DNA from: Neophaeotheca triangularis | Taxonomy: Eukaryota | DNA length: 64,000 nt | Assembly (NCBI GenBank): GCA_054600435.1 | Contig: BAAIJX010000008.1 | Span: 620,001 to 684,000 of the forward strand | Reading direction: 5' to 3' | Part shown: positions 11,185-26,015 of the stretch, piece after piece | Numbering within the stretch: position 1 is the stretch's first letter | Layout: each line of letters opens with the position of its first letter | Translations under genes and position numbers: made by a program | Notes under the pieces: generated by a model | The model's database searches: none | What the model saw: only the letters and a program-made list of their open reading frames with translations | Told to the model about the DNA's origin: nothing

Positions 11185-12277
11185 CTAGTAGTTGCCCGAG
11201 TTGGACGAGTACTGGCCGGAGCTGCTCCCAGTCGAGTCGAAAGCACCCTTCTCCTCGCGCTTCTGGTGGCCCTTCTCGGCGATGTCATCCTTCTTCAACA
11301 TATTGCCGGCCTTCTCCATAAGCTTGCCCATGGTGGAGTCACCGTGCTTGCCCTCGGAGGTGTTGTTGTCCGTCTTGCTGCCGTAGCTGCTGTCGCCGGT
11401 GGAGGAGTACTTGTCGCCGCTCATGGAGCTTCCAGTCGTGCCGGACCCGTACTCGGTACTGCCGGACATGCCAGTGTTGGAGGTGGAACCGTAGCGGGTG
11501 TCGGAAGAGGTGGTGCCTGAGCCGTAGCCCGAGACGTTGGTGGACTGTTACAAGGTTGGTCAGTAACTGACAGTGCTACGCGGCAGATGTCAAGGCAGTG
11601 AATAACTTACGTCGCGCGGCATGCCGCTAGAGCTGGTGTCGCCCATCGAAGGGTTGCCGTGGCCGAGCCCGGAGCTCTCGTACTCCCTGCCACTGGACTG
11701 CAAGCCGCTGTTGCCGTACTCTTGACGCTCGCTGGTGAGGCCAGAGGAGCCGCCAGTCATGCCAGACGATCCGCCAGACAAGCCAGAGGAGCCGCCGGTC
11801 ATACCAGACGAGCCACCATACCTCTGGGAGTCGCCAGGGCCGGAGGCCATGTCGTAGGTCTCACGAGCCTCGCCACGGATCGAATCGCCCTGCACGCTGG
11901 AGCCAGTGGCGCCAGTGTTGGAGAACTGATCGCGGCCGCCAGTCATACCGGAGCTGGAATTGCTGGAGAATTGGTCGCGACCGCCTCCCAAGCCGGAGGT
12001 GTTGCTGGAGTACTCGTCGCGTCCCATGCCGCTGCCGGAGAGGCCACCGCTAGCAGTGACGTCGGAGCCAGTGGTCTGGAAAACTCGTGAGCGGTGGATA
12101 ATTTGCTGGATGGGGCCAAGTGAAAACTCACGTTGTAGGTGTTGCCGCTGCCGCTGCCGTAGTTGCCAGTGGTGCGGTCTGTGAGGTGAGTCGAGTTAGT
12201 TATGGGAAATTGTATGGAGGAGCTCATGTGAAGGCTTCCGTGAGAGACTTACCAGTGGGATCGTTGTAGTTGGACAT
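11185..12277 (-). CDS. Gly/Ser-rich hydrophilin-like stress protein (~298 aa, 4 exons)
   Basis: Exons 12253-12277, 12132-12178, 11611-12075 and 11185-11544 join in frame through GTRAGT..CAG introns. Internal GGSSGMT/GGRDQFS repeats and a C-terminal GDSTMGKLMEKAG..KREEKG helix of the kind seen in fungal stress-induced hydrophilins. Confidence 0.75.
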
Positions 12278-13691
12278 GTTGATGGTGGTTGGTGGGTGAG
12301 TTGAAGTGGAGTTGGTCGTAGTGTTGATGGTTGGTGGTTGATGGCTGATGGATGGAGGAAGTCGAGCTGTGTTGTTGTTGGAGGGAGAGAGAGGGTATGT
12401 TTTGTGGTTGAAGGGAAGCTCTTTTGTATTGCTGGAGCTCAAGGTACCCAACCGCAGCAAGAATCCTAGTACGTGGCCTACCTCACCTTACGACACATGA
12501 TTGCTACAATGGCGTCATGGCACCTAGGCACCGTTCATCATGATATGAAGACGCAATATGAAGTGACAAGGCTGATCTGGGCATATCTTCGATAGCAACT
12601 GGGCAGCTTAATTGAAGTGAATTGGAAGCCCGAGGGCATGAAACAGGCCGTGACGACGAAGCCAGTCCTGTTGGCATTGGCTCTGCCAAGTTTTGAAGCC
12701 GGCGGAATCAGGGCTTCTACAGCCACTATCGTCAGACCGTCTTACTTGAGTCGTCGTGCCTTGTTCAAGCTGGCAGTACTACCTATACAGTAAGGTACAT
12801 AATCTTGTATACCGCTTATATCTTGTATGCCTGGGCAGGTGTGAGCAAACGCAAGGTATGTAGGTAAGCTCTCGGTTTGCCCCGCATTCTACCTAACCTT
12901 AAGGCAAGGTACCCAAGGTGTGGTATCGGGAGATTACCTGGAAACCCATGGACAGCTACCTACCTATGTAGGTACCTAGATAGAAGGTAGATATGGCCTC
13001 GAGGTACCTAGATGGCTAACTTATGACGTCCACGTGTTTCAAAAAGAAAAAAGCCCCCGGCGCCCCTACGCGTGGACTGTGCCCCTGCGCGTGGGCCGGT
13101 GTCGCGCGGCATCACGTGATCGTGAATATGGTGCAGAAATTTCCTATTGGTGGATTCTGCGTTGGAGTCCTCGTCTTGTTCAGCTTCTCTCAAGTTCTGT
13201 TGCCTCCTTTTCCCATCACGTACAAGATGCAGAGCCCCCCGAGATTTGATGCACCAATTAGATGGACTGGATGACTTTTAACAACCCTCCTGTCCCATCA
13301 CGCGATGATCGAGTCCTGGGGTTCCGCCGGGTCGCTTGGTCGCCTAATTCATCGAACTATCCTAGTCCTAGTCCTAGTAGTAACCTACGGTCTAGTGAGT
13401 CTGCATGCCTTGCTTGCTCGGATTACCCGAACAGGAATGCCTTCAATCAAGTCTTCAACAAACGACGGCAAAGGTTGACGCAGAAATCGACAAGCAATTA
13501 TTCTTTCATGTCGAGGACCCGCTTGACCTAAACTACATCATCAATCGTTTTTAATATAGATATACCAGGCATACGGCCGTTCGAAATAGCGTATCGCTGC
13601 CCCTCGCTCCCTCCACCTGCCTGCGCTCCACAAGTGGCCCTTGCACAGGTACTGGATCCACACCGTTGGTGGCCTCTTTTGACATCACCTC

Positions 13692-14942
13692 TCAAACCGC
13701 ACTCTCATTCTTCAGGTCGACCTGGTCATACTTCTCGTCGTCGTAAGCATGCCGCATTCCTGGAATGATGCGGTAGAGGCCCAAGTATGGCGTGTTGATT
13801 GGGGTCTCTCCCGTGAACAGCAAGGTGTCGTACAAGAAGCCACCAAAAACACAGCCTAGGAAAGGAGAAACCATTGGGACCTGGGCTTGTGTTAGCCTGG
13901 ACCTTGATGCCCCCAACGGACACTTCAACTTACCCAGAAGTAGTAGTTTCCTGCCGACCACACCTCAGATCCATATCCGAGAAAGTAACTCATCAATCGA
14001 GGACCGAAATCCCTAGCAAGGTTGATGGCGTATCCGGTCTCCCAGCCTGCGATGTAGTCAGAAATGGACACTACTGGACGGAAATCACGGCGAACTCACC
14101 AAAGCACGCTCCAATACCAAAGATGACGAAGAAAAGGCCGAGCGGTGTGAGATTACCGGCCCCAATGTTGCCGTCATCTTTGAGAGCGTAGATCATGAAC
14201 ATGAGCAGCGTACTCGCGATAAACTCGGAGAAGAACTGTCCTGTTGTAGTCATAAATTCCTGTGGGTATGTGCAGAAGATCCCGGCCGATGCTGTGTCTG
14301 AGTACCCTGGCACTGTTCGGATCCCAGCGCCTCCCTCATAGGCATCGATCGCAGAGTAGTAGTTGGCATATACGACACCCGAAGCAGCCATAGCCCCGAG
14401 TGTCTGTGCGACTGCATACACGGGGAACTTCTTCCATGGAAACCCTCGGAAGACGCAGTTCGCGAACGTGACGGCTGGGTTGATGTGTCCACCACTGATG
14501 CCACTGGCATAGACACCAAGCATGACTCCGAGACCCCACCCCCAGGATATGGATTGGTAGTTGCCAGCCTCTTCCCCACTGAGAACGACTTGTGCCACAA
14601 CACTGGATCGAATTAGCCGGGGAGGCATTATCATTCAATGACCGAGCGCTCTTACCCGTCTCCGAACATGATCAGTATGAAGGTGCCCATGAATTCGCTG
14701 AAGGGCTCGCGAAACATCCGCCGAATACGTGGCCAAAGCAACCCAGCGTTGGATGGCTTCTTCCTCTCGGCGGTCTTGCTTCGATCGATCGGAGCTCCAT
14801 GTTCTGCGAAAGGGCCCGTCGACGCTGTATGATTCGAGTTTCCCGACTCAGTTCGCTTGTGCTCGAGGTGAGTGACCTGGATGTCGTCGTCACCAGGGAA
14901 CACCAGTTCTTTGGTTGGCGCTTGAGTGAGAGTGGTCGACAT
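13692..14942 (-). CDS. Aquaglyceroporin (MIP family, GlpF/Fps1-like)
   Basis: Exons 14656-14942, 14100-14602, 13934-14046 and 13692-13880. Motifs [29 protein letters not shown] and [17 protein letters not shown]; the NPA/NLA boxes and the Asp after the second box indicate glycerol selectivity. Confidence 0.93.
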
Positions 14943-16699
14943 ATTGGAATAAGTACGAAGACTGCACCGTTTATCACAATGCTTTGAGGGGCCTCCGGGC
15001 GATTGATTGATGATGATATCGAAGAGAAGGTAGGTGAGGCTCGATCTACTTACATCTTCTGCAGACCGGTCACGCAAATGATCGCCACAACACAAGGACC
15101 AAGGCCCCTCAACCGCGCACTTGCCGAGCGCAGTCAGAAAGGGGTTCGTAAGCGCGGCCTAGATACCTGCTCGGGAGGAACACAACGCACTCGATCGAGA
15201 CGTACACAACCTTGTCACGTTGCCGCCTTGTGCAATTGGTGAAGCCTCCCGGCAACGGCGGCGACCATACCAAGGCATCCTCTCAGCTTCCAGTTCCGTA
15301 GGACATTGGACATTAGATACCAGGGTCTTGGGAGCGCATGGTCTATGCTCTCGAGCACGTTACCATCCCCAGGATGCTCCAGGCTGTCAACGCGGAGAGG
15401 CCGGGACTGCCAAGGTCGAGTGTACCAACAAGGCTATTGTGCCGCATACAGTTACATCCGCAAACCACGCCCGCATTTGGATCGCCGGTGTCACCCTTGG
15501 AACGCCAGCCTTGCATGGGACGACGCCGGGACGCCTTGATGTGGAACTCAACTTGCCAGCCTCAAGGAATGTCGCGACTCAATCTCGTCGGGTACGGACA
15601 GCCAGCATAGCACGGCAACGGTAGTAACTACTCGCAGACCAGGTCCAACAGTGTTCACATTCGAAGTCATTTCCGCCTCCCCTACTTCCAGACCATCCCC
15701 TACTTCCAGACCAAATGTTCTCGTAATCGATGTGGCGTCCGCAGGCTCGAGTACTTGACCCGTTCCAAGCTCTGTCAACTCATCTTGTCCTCCACAGAAC
15801 CAGACTCCTGGACACAACACGGCTTCCTCCACCTCGGCCTGCACTGTAATACCGATAACAAGGCCGTTGCGTCTTGTGGAGTCTTGTAGTCCATCTGCAC
15901 GAGCTAGTAAAGTGCTTCAACGGTTCTGGAACGTCGGACGCGCATGACCACGCTACCGCTAACGGCTGGGGAAAGAGTTCGAGGGATCTTTGAGGAGGGG
16001 TAGCGGCGTGCGTCACGGCAGTCGACAGGCGCCACGACGTAGCTCTAGGGGTCATTGCCAAGTCTGATATATTGGCTGGAATATTCGCAAGGCGTCGCAT
16101 AGATTATGGCGAGAGGGTCACGCCACTGGAGGTGACGATACGTCGTGATGCTGTCGATACAGCAGATGCGAACTTTCATTCTTTGGGTTGAGACCTGCCC
16201 TCACGTTTAGCGCGACGAGTTTGGTGGGCTCTCGATATCTATGTTATACAATAGTTAAATGTGCATTTCCAGCTAATCAGAAATGGCGATATCTACCTAC
16301 CTATACTTACCTTGCCTAAGGTATTAGTGAACTTACGTTTCGATAATTCCCACCATTTCCCCGCAGAAGGAGCGCGGGGTACCTTCTTAGCGCGGCCACG
16401 TGTGGGAAACAGGTCGGCGAAACACATCCGAACATCACCTCACCCGCTCCCAAACCTACCTCCCCTACCCCCCAACCTCACAGCCCCAGCTATCTAGCCA
16501 AGCCCATTCATATGCAAACGCGATGCAAGCGATATAGCTACAGTACACTTGATTGATATGGCTCAACCGCGGGTAACGTGACCTTTGTGCTGACAGACCC
16601 CCCGCTGCATCCGCATCCTACGCGACCTTTTGCTGTCGCCGGACAGCTTTCGTGTTGCGTGTGCGGCGCGGAAAAACGAGACGCCATCATCAGAGCTGA

Positions 16700-18760
<2,061 letters not shown>

Positions 18761-18967
18761 CTTGCTCGAGCGAAACTCTGAGTCCCCCCGAGATGGATGC
18801 CACGTGTCGTAGGTAGTCTTGAAGCGTGCATCCGCTTCTCCGCTGGGTAATTCAGGATAGATAGCTACCTCCTACGTAGGTACTCACTCTCAATCCTCTT
18901 TCCACCACCACCACCTTCCTCCAAACCCCCCCCCTCTTTCTCAAAAACTCCCCCCTCAGCTACCTAC

Positions 18968-19353
18968 TTACGGCTTCTTCCCCTGTCCGGCGTCCTCAAC
19001 CCCCTTCCCCAAGCTCTCCGACCCAGACTGCACGCCCCCCGTCAAGCTCTGCAGCCCATCCCCCGCCGCTTTCGTGCCAGTCGTGCTATTGATAGTGTCG
19101 CCGACGCCCTGTCCAGCAGCGCCGACCACGTTGCCGAAAGTCCTCGTGATGCCGCCGGTGGCGTTGCCGAGCTAGAAAGCATCGGGATTAGTTGGTATTG
19201 CGGTGGTGGAAGTGGTAGAGGTGGGGGGGAAAGGTTTGAGAGGTCGCGACGGGAAGAGGATGATCTAGATGCGAGGCTTACGGTCGATGTCACGCTCTTT
19301 GCGGCGTTGGAGGCGGTGTCGCCTGCGTTGTTGTTGTTGGTGTTGGCAGACAT
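18968..19353 (-). CDS. Small Gly/Thr/Ala-rich LEA/hydrophilin-like protein (~91 aa)
   Basis: Exon 1 19282-19353, intron GTAAGC..CTAAT..TAG, exon 2 18968-19171, giving MSANTNNNNAGDTASNAAKSVTSTLGNATGGITRTFGNVVGAAGQGVGDTINSTTGTKAAGDGLQSLTGGVQSGSESLGKGVEDAGQGKKP with amphipathic periodicity. Confidence 0.7.
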
Positions 19354-20284
19354 TGTTTTTGTTGCCTTGTGAGTGGTGGTGGTGGTGGTATGTGGAAGAG
19401 AGAGGTTTTCTCGGTTTGAGGGTCTTGGTTGCGGGTCTCTTTCGAAGGGGAGATTGTTTCGTTAGGAAGTTTTTATTTTGGTTGGTTCTGGACTGAGCGT
19501 TTCCAGGCTGGCCGGGCTTAGGGTTCCGGTTGCGAGTTCTTGTCTCCCTTTTATATGTATATTTCAGATTACCTACCTATGGTTTGTTTGCTACAAACAC
19601 CCCCCGCCTTCCTTGAGTTCAGGACGGGAGATGGTCGGCTGCCCCTCCACCTGCACTCCACTTGATGCTGCTGCGACGTCATGTGGGACGTGGCATCACC
19701 GCCCGCTGTGGCTGAGGCGGGGTACGGGCGTTTTGAAACACCTCGCTGGTGCTGGTTTCCGCGCAAGCGTCCAGGGTTAGAGTTTGTGTTTATTCTCAGG
19801 TGTACATCCTAGTTGGAATGCTCGTAACATAGTGCTGATCCGGTTATTGTAGCACCGTAGGATAGGAAGCGGCTTAAGAGTAAACGATTATCTTCGATAA
19901 TTAATCTCAACTACGTGAATTCAAGACAGTGCCACGACGTTAGAGTAAGAAATGGATAGGAAGAGAAGACTTCAAGACAAGTATAGCTTCATTAATTATA
20001 ATCACAGACTAGGCGGGCGGAGTGAGTACAACAACCAAAGTGAAACGATATGCAAATAAGGTCTACGTATGCGCCTTTACACTTCTTATCCGCACGGCAC
20101 GGCACAGCGAAAAGAAGCCAGCGCCAACGTCTCCATAAGGGGTATCTCGCAGCAAAAGACTAGTACCTAACCCCATGTGAAAGGAATCCAACGTAATCAC
20201 CAACAAGTCCACCGCTACACCGCTCCCGCAACAACCAATGCAAGCCCCCCATGCTATTCCACTTCACAACAACAACACCTCATC

Positions 20285-22488
20285 CTATCTACTCCCATCC
20301 TCACCAACCCTCAGCGTAAACCACGCAGCCACAACCGCAGCACAGCCCCCAAACCGCAAAACCCACGCCACACTCTCATCCCCCACACTACCGCGCGGTT
20401 TCTGCAAATAGCGAAATATAACACTACTAACCAGCGTGGCAATAACCTGAGGCGCCGCAATAGCGACGTTATGAATTCCTAAAACGACGCCGGCCTGGTC
20501 GGCGCCGTCAGAGGGGTCTTCGCCGCGGGCGAGGAGTTCGGCGTCGCGGGCGGCTTGGACATCGTCGGAAGGGGTGGTGGCGTTGGTGGATGGTGGCGGT
20601 GGGGGCCGCAAGTGGCCCCGGCGGATCGCGTCGCGTTTGCTGATTTCGGCTGCGATGAGCGCGAAGGGTGCCCAGTTTGTCATGGCCCAGGGGATGCCGA
20701 CGAGGGCTACCAAAATCGTGCCGCCGGTTGTTGTGGTGACTAGGAGGGTTGTCCACATGAGGAGGGCGAAGAGGAGGTGCGAGAGGAACCAGGCGCGGCG
20801 GAGGGTTAGGTTGGAGAGTTCGAGGGGCGGGAGGAAGCGGCGGAGACGGGTTAGTTGGCTGTGTAGGGGTTTGGTTTTGCTGTTTTTGAGGAGAGTCGGA
20901 AGTGAGATTTGCGAGGCCGTGTTGGCTGGATTGTAGCCGAAGTATCCGCTTGCGGCTTGTGTTTCGCGATCGCGGGTCCCCGGGGTTACTGGGGTGGGTG
21001 GTGTTCGCGGTGTTCGGGCGCCGGGGGTCATGGGGGTGCGTAAGGGTGGCGCAGGCGGTTTATAGGTGCTGGCTACTATCATAGGGAGGAAGACGCTAGC
21101 GGCGAAGGTTGTGATGGCGAAGATGAGAAGGGCAAAGGTGCCAATGCGGGTCGCGTGCTCCCACGTCGCGTCGACTTCCGCAGGTGTCATGTTCGGGTTC
21201 TCGGCGAAGAAGGGTTCAACGTAGATTTCGCCAATGTAGGTTGTAATGTAGAAGAGGAAGGGAAACCAGCCGATCCAGGCAAAGAACTGCACTTGGCAGA
21301 CTTTGCGGATTTGAGGGGGAAGTTTGCGGATCGAGTGGTAGAGGCTTTTGAAGAAGGCTATGACGCCGCCTTCTTGCTTTGTAGGCTCGCCTTCGAGACG
21401 GGGATCACGCTCGTGCACAAAGGCGCAGGAGATGCCGAGGGTGATGATCATTGCGAATGAGGCGATTACACATAGCACTTTGAACTGTGTATCGCCGAAA
21501 AACCACATGTACTTTGGCAGATTGACGTAGCCGGAGAGATATCCAAGGATGTTGCCCACCCCGCTAACTCTGCTCGCCCATGCATTCGCTTCGTCCTGCT
21601 GATGTGTGGGTGCATTGTCTACTATGAACGCCCTGACACCGGCCTGGATGACGTTGATAGAAAAGTCCAGGACGTAGATCATAAGGATGGCGAAGACGAT
21701 GGCGCAGGTTGCTACGCCCGGAGCGTCTGGCGCGGCGCCGAAGATGCTCAGAAACCCTGCGACAATCTCTCTAGTCCAGGCGAGAAACATGAGCGAGATG
21801 ATGGTAGCAGCTGCTCCCCCAACCATGAACGGCCGTCGTTTGCCGAAACGAGATCTACTACGATCTGATTTGATCCCGACATACGGCTGGACGAGTGTGC
21901 CTGATAGAGGTCCCGCGATCCAGACGAATGCCAGTAGTGACTTCGAAATGCCCAGGCCGAGCAAATAAGGCGAACCGTTGGACAATTCGACCGACCAGGC
22001 TATCTGCAAACTTGGACAGTGTCAGCGCACATCAGACCAGGGTGTATAGCTACCAAAGTACCGGAATCCACCACTCACCCTCCTATAGCCAGCGTAAGCA
22101 ACAGCAGATATCCACTACTTTTTGTCTCTTGCCTCTCGCGCTCTTGAGGGTCGTCATCCTCCCAGGTACCCACACTAGACGGACTAAGTATAGGCTCGAG
22201 AGGGGGGAGTTTGGGGTTGTCGGCTCGTTCGGTAGCGGCGAGTAGCGGGGAGTGTTCATTCAAGTGATCCTCTTCCTTGAGCAGATCTATACTCCTACTT
22301 CCTCTTCGGTGGTCGTGTGCATTTGACGAACGCCGTGAACCGTCCACGGACAGGGATGGCCGATGCTCGCGGCCGAACTGGACCGTCTTGATGGGGTTCG
22401 TTTCGCCATGCTGCGCTTTGCCGTTGGCTATGGAGCCGTTTCGAGATCTGGAGGAGGCGCTGCTGGATGCCGTGGATGAAGCGGGCAT
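20285..22488 (-). CDS. Sucrose/maltose-H+ symporter-like MFS transporter (S. pombe Sut1/plant SUT/SLC45 type)
   Basis: Exons 22079-22488 and 20285-22010. Motifs GGLQIAWSVELSNGSPYL, WIAGPLSGTLVQPYVG, FGKRRPF, WIGWFPFLFY and GVVLGIHNVAIAAPQ. Confidence 0.9.
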
Positions 22489-23784
22489 GCTTTGACGCTC
22501 CCCGCTCGTGTGGCTGTAATCTAGGTGGCACAAGGTGCGGTGATAGTAGACAGACGGTGGTTGCGCAGGTAAACAGGGCAGATCATGGCGGTTCTGTAGG
22601 GGGAAGGGGAATAGTAATTGCTGCAGAGTGAGTGAGGCTTGTAGAGAAGGGAAAGTGAGAGTGGTGGTCTCTTGCGGTGGTCACAAAGAAAGTGGCAGCC
22701 TCAAAAGAAGTAGGGGACTAGAGTAGTAAGCGGGAGGGAGGGAGGGAGAGAGAGTATCTAGGTATTCAGTATATGATTCACATATTACCGTATGATGCAC
22801 TGATGATAACAAGGATTGTTCGCGGCGATAAGTAAATACGGTGGACCTTGCAAGTAAAATAAGCATGTGGTCACAAGACGCGTACCATGGGTATCACATA
22901 TGGCGGCCTCTAGAGCCTCCCTTCTCTGCAGATTGCTGGCGCTGGTGGGGGTTTGGCTCACATCAAACGCGGGACCGCCTACCAATTATATCAATACCAG
23001 CCAAATGCTCGAGTGAAAGCGGCAGGTCGGAGGACGGAGAGAAGGTAAACCGCCCGGGATGTGTTGTATACAACGGTGATCAACAACATCTCATCACATA
23101 CACATGGTAAGGCACCTTAAGCTTGCTACAGCACTAGAGAGAGGCGCAGGTGGTCTAGCCTTCAAGCCTCCCGTTGCCCTGCAGTGCCTGAGGTGCTCTT
23201 CTACTCTAGCTTTCAACTGGTTTCTAGTTCTAGGTTACTTACTACCTTAGGTGTACGCGATTCATCACCCCGGCATATCAGCAGGTACATGGCGATGGGC
23301 GGGGGTGTCTTATCGCGACCTTATCGGCACCACACACACCTCAGCCTCATGCCATCCCGTCATCGCTCCCGTCCTTCATGGCCCACCTCACCTCTCCTCT
23401 AGTGCGACAGGGAGTCGCGGGCCGCCCCGAGTCGAAGCTTATCCTCCGGCATCCCACGTTGCATCAGGACGCTTGGCGGAATCAGCTCCAAGCGAGAACT
23501 CTCCAGGACGACCGACGTCAAAGAGGCAGACTGACACTCCTGGGAGGACAGGAAGAGACACTCACATAGTACGCAAAGCGCCCGAGGACCACCTAGCGAT
23601 CTGTTCTGTTACAACGACATCATCTTCCTCCCCCCGGCCAAGGCAGCAATCCAGGCCGAGCATCATCAGGAGCTCCAGCTGGCATCCGAGCCATCTGCGG
23701 CAATCCAGCCCTCCTCCTCCTCCTCTACAGCGCCATCCCCGACACCATAGCATGCGATAACACGCATCATCCACCATCACCAAC

Positions 23785-26015
23785 ATGCGCCGGCTATTCA
23801 CCCTCCTCGCCAACCTCGCTCTCGCCTCAGCCCTCCAACCCCGCGAACCCACAGACTCGGACGACGAAGAGCCCGAAGCTGGGGAGAAAGAGATATTCGC
23901 ATCATGGTCGCTGCTCATCCTAATCACTCTCCTGATCGTAGCCCTCTTCACGAGCTATGTCTTGCAGAGCAGGAAGATTCAAGCGGTGCACGAGACGGTC
24001 TTGTCCATCTTTGCTGGAATGGTCGTGGGGCTGATATTGAGGTTGACTTCGCCGGATAATGTTACCGCTGCCGTTAGCTTCGACTATCAGTTCTTTTTCA
24101 ATTTGCTGCTTCCGCCAATTATTCTGGCTAGTGGATATGAGTTGCATCAGGTGCGTGCCTATAGAAGAGAGGGGAAAGGGGCGAAAAGAATGATGGACTA
24201 ACAATTACAGGCCAATTTTTTCCGGAATATTGGAACAATCCTTACATTTGCCTTTGCGGGGACTTTTATCTCGGCGCTCGTACTGGGAGTCATACTTTAC
24301 TTGTGGACCAGGATACCTCTGGAAGGTTTCAATCTGTCCTTTGTGGAAGCCATGTCCGTTGGCGCAACTCTTTCGGCCACGGATCCCGTCACAATCCTGG
24401 CCATCTTCAATACTTACAAAGTCGACCCTAAATTGTACACCATCATCTTTGGCGAGAGCATATTGAACGATGCCATCGCCATTGTGCTATTCGAGACTGC
24501 GCAACGGTACGAAAACAGCGCTGATACTTTGACCATTCTCAGCTTCTTCGAGAGTATTGGTATTTTCCTGGCCGTGTTTTTGGGTTCCTTGATTATAGGT
24601 ATTGTGGTCGGACTGGGCACGAGTTTGATGCTAAAGCTCACTCATGTTCGCCGGGACCCCAAGATCGAAAGTTGTTTGGTCGTTTTAATTGCATACAGTT
24701 GCTATTTCTTCGCTAATGCAGTTCACATGAGTGGTGAGTCCACAGATCTTGTTTAGATTGGAGGAGTTTGCGCTGACGTTTCTCAGGTATTGTCTCGCTC
24801 CTGTTCTGCGGCATATGCCTCAAGCACTACGCCTATCACAACATGTCCCGCCGCACGCAATTAACCACCAAATTCAATTTTGGTCTCATGGCGCAGCTTT
24901 CGGAAAATTTCATCTTCATCTACCTTGGACTATCCCTATTCACAGAAAACGGCCTGGAGTTCAAACCCCTCTTTATTCTTATAACCGTCATCGGCATCTG
25001 CGCTGCTCGCTGGTGTGCCATCTTCCCTCTAGCTGCTTTCGTCAACTGGGTAATGCGCTATCGTCAAAAGAGGCAAGCCCGGCGAGGCTCGCAACCAATT
25101 AATGATCCCGATGCGCCAGAGGAACTGCCGCGAAATTATCAGATCATGATGTTCTGGGCTGGTCTGCGTGGTGCGGTCGGTGTAGCACTAGCAGCTGGCC
25201 TTCAAGGTCCGAACGGCTTTACCCTTCGAGCGACCGTACTCGTTGTGGTCGTGCTCACCGTCATCATCTTCGGTGGTACTACAGCTCGCATGCTAGAAAT
25301 CCTGAAAATCCGCACTGGTGTGGTAGAGGAAATCGACAGTGACGATGAGTTCGACATCGAGCCCGTACCAAGCGGCGACGCATGGGCGCGCAAGAACGGC
25401 AAAGGTTTCGGCCACACGCCAAAAGCCAGCAACGGAGCCATCGATCTCAACTACGTCAACGGCAACCTCCGCCGCGAAGGACGCAACACGGCCTACAGCA
25501 CCAGCAACGCCACGGGCAACAATTCTCCGACACAACCCGACATCGGCCGCCGCAATAGCAGCCGCACAGCCGGCCAAGTCCACGGCAGAAACGACGGGAG
25601 CACGGCCGAGCAAGGCCTTCTCGACCCCAACGACTTCGACTCCTTCTCCACAAGCTCCGACGACGCGGCTGCAAACGCCGACGCCGACCTTGACCTCCCT
25701 CCCGCCGCTGCCCGCAAACAACAGCAAGAAGCTGATGTCAACAACCCATACCCGGTCTCCGGGTCGCGTAGTTCCGAATCTGCCGAGGCGGCTGGCAGCG
25801 GTTTCACGGCTCGCGGCGCTTTCAACCAGATCATGAATGCGACGCACGAGGATGCCGGCACGCTTTTCAATCGCCTCGACGAGCGGTTCTTAAAGCCGCA
25901 TCTTTTGCTTGATCCACATTCTGGGGGCAGGCATGGGCATTCGCATGGAGGCCATGGTGGGCAGGGCAATGGGGGCAATGGAGGCGCTTCTGGAAGCGCT
26001 GGTCCTTCGAGTTGA
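23785..26015 (+). CDS. NHX1: Endosomal/prevacuolar Na+/H+ exchanger
   Basis: Exons 23785-24150, 24211-24733 and 24787-26015. Motifs FFNLLLPPII, SATDPVTILAIF, IFGESILNDA and WAGLRGAVGVAL. Confidence 0.95.

Noticed and set aside
15548..16100. Short ORFs and an ~18-bp direct repeat (cccctacttccagacca x2) in the aquaporin/kinase intergenic region
   Set aside because: No proper start, signal or motif; not enough evidence for a gene or element.
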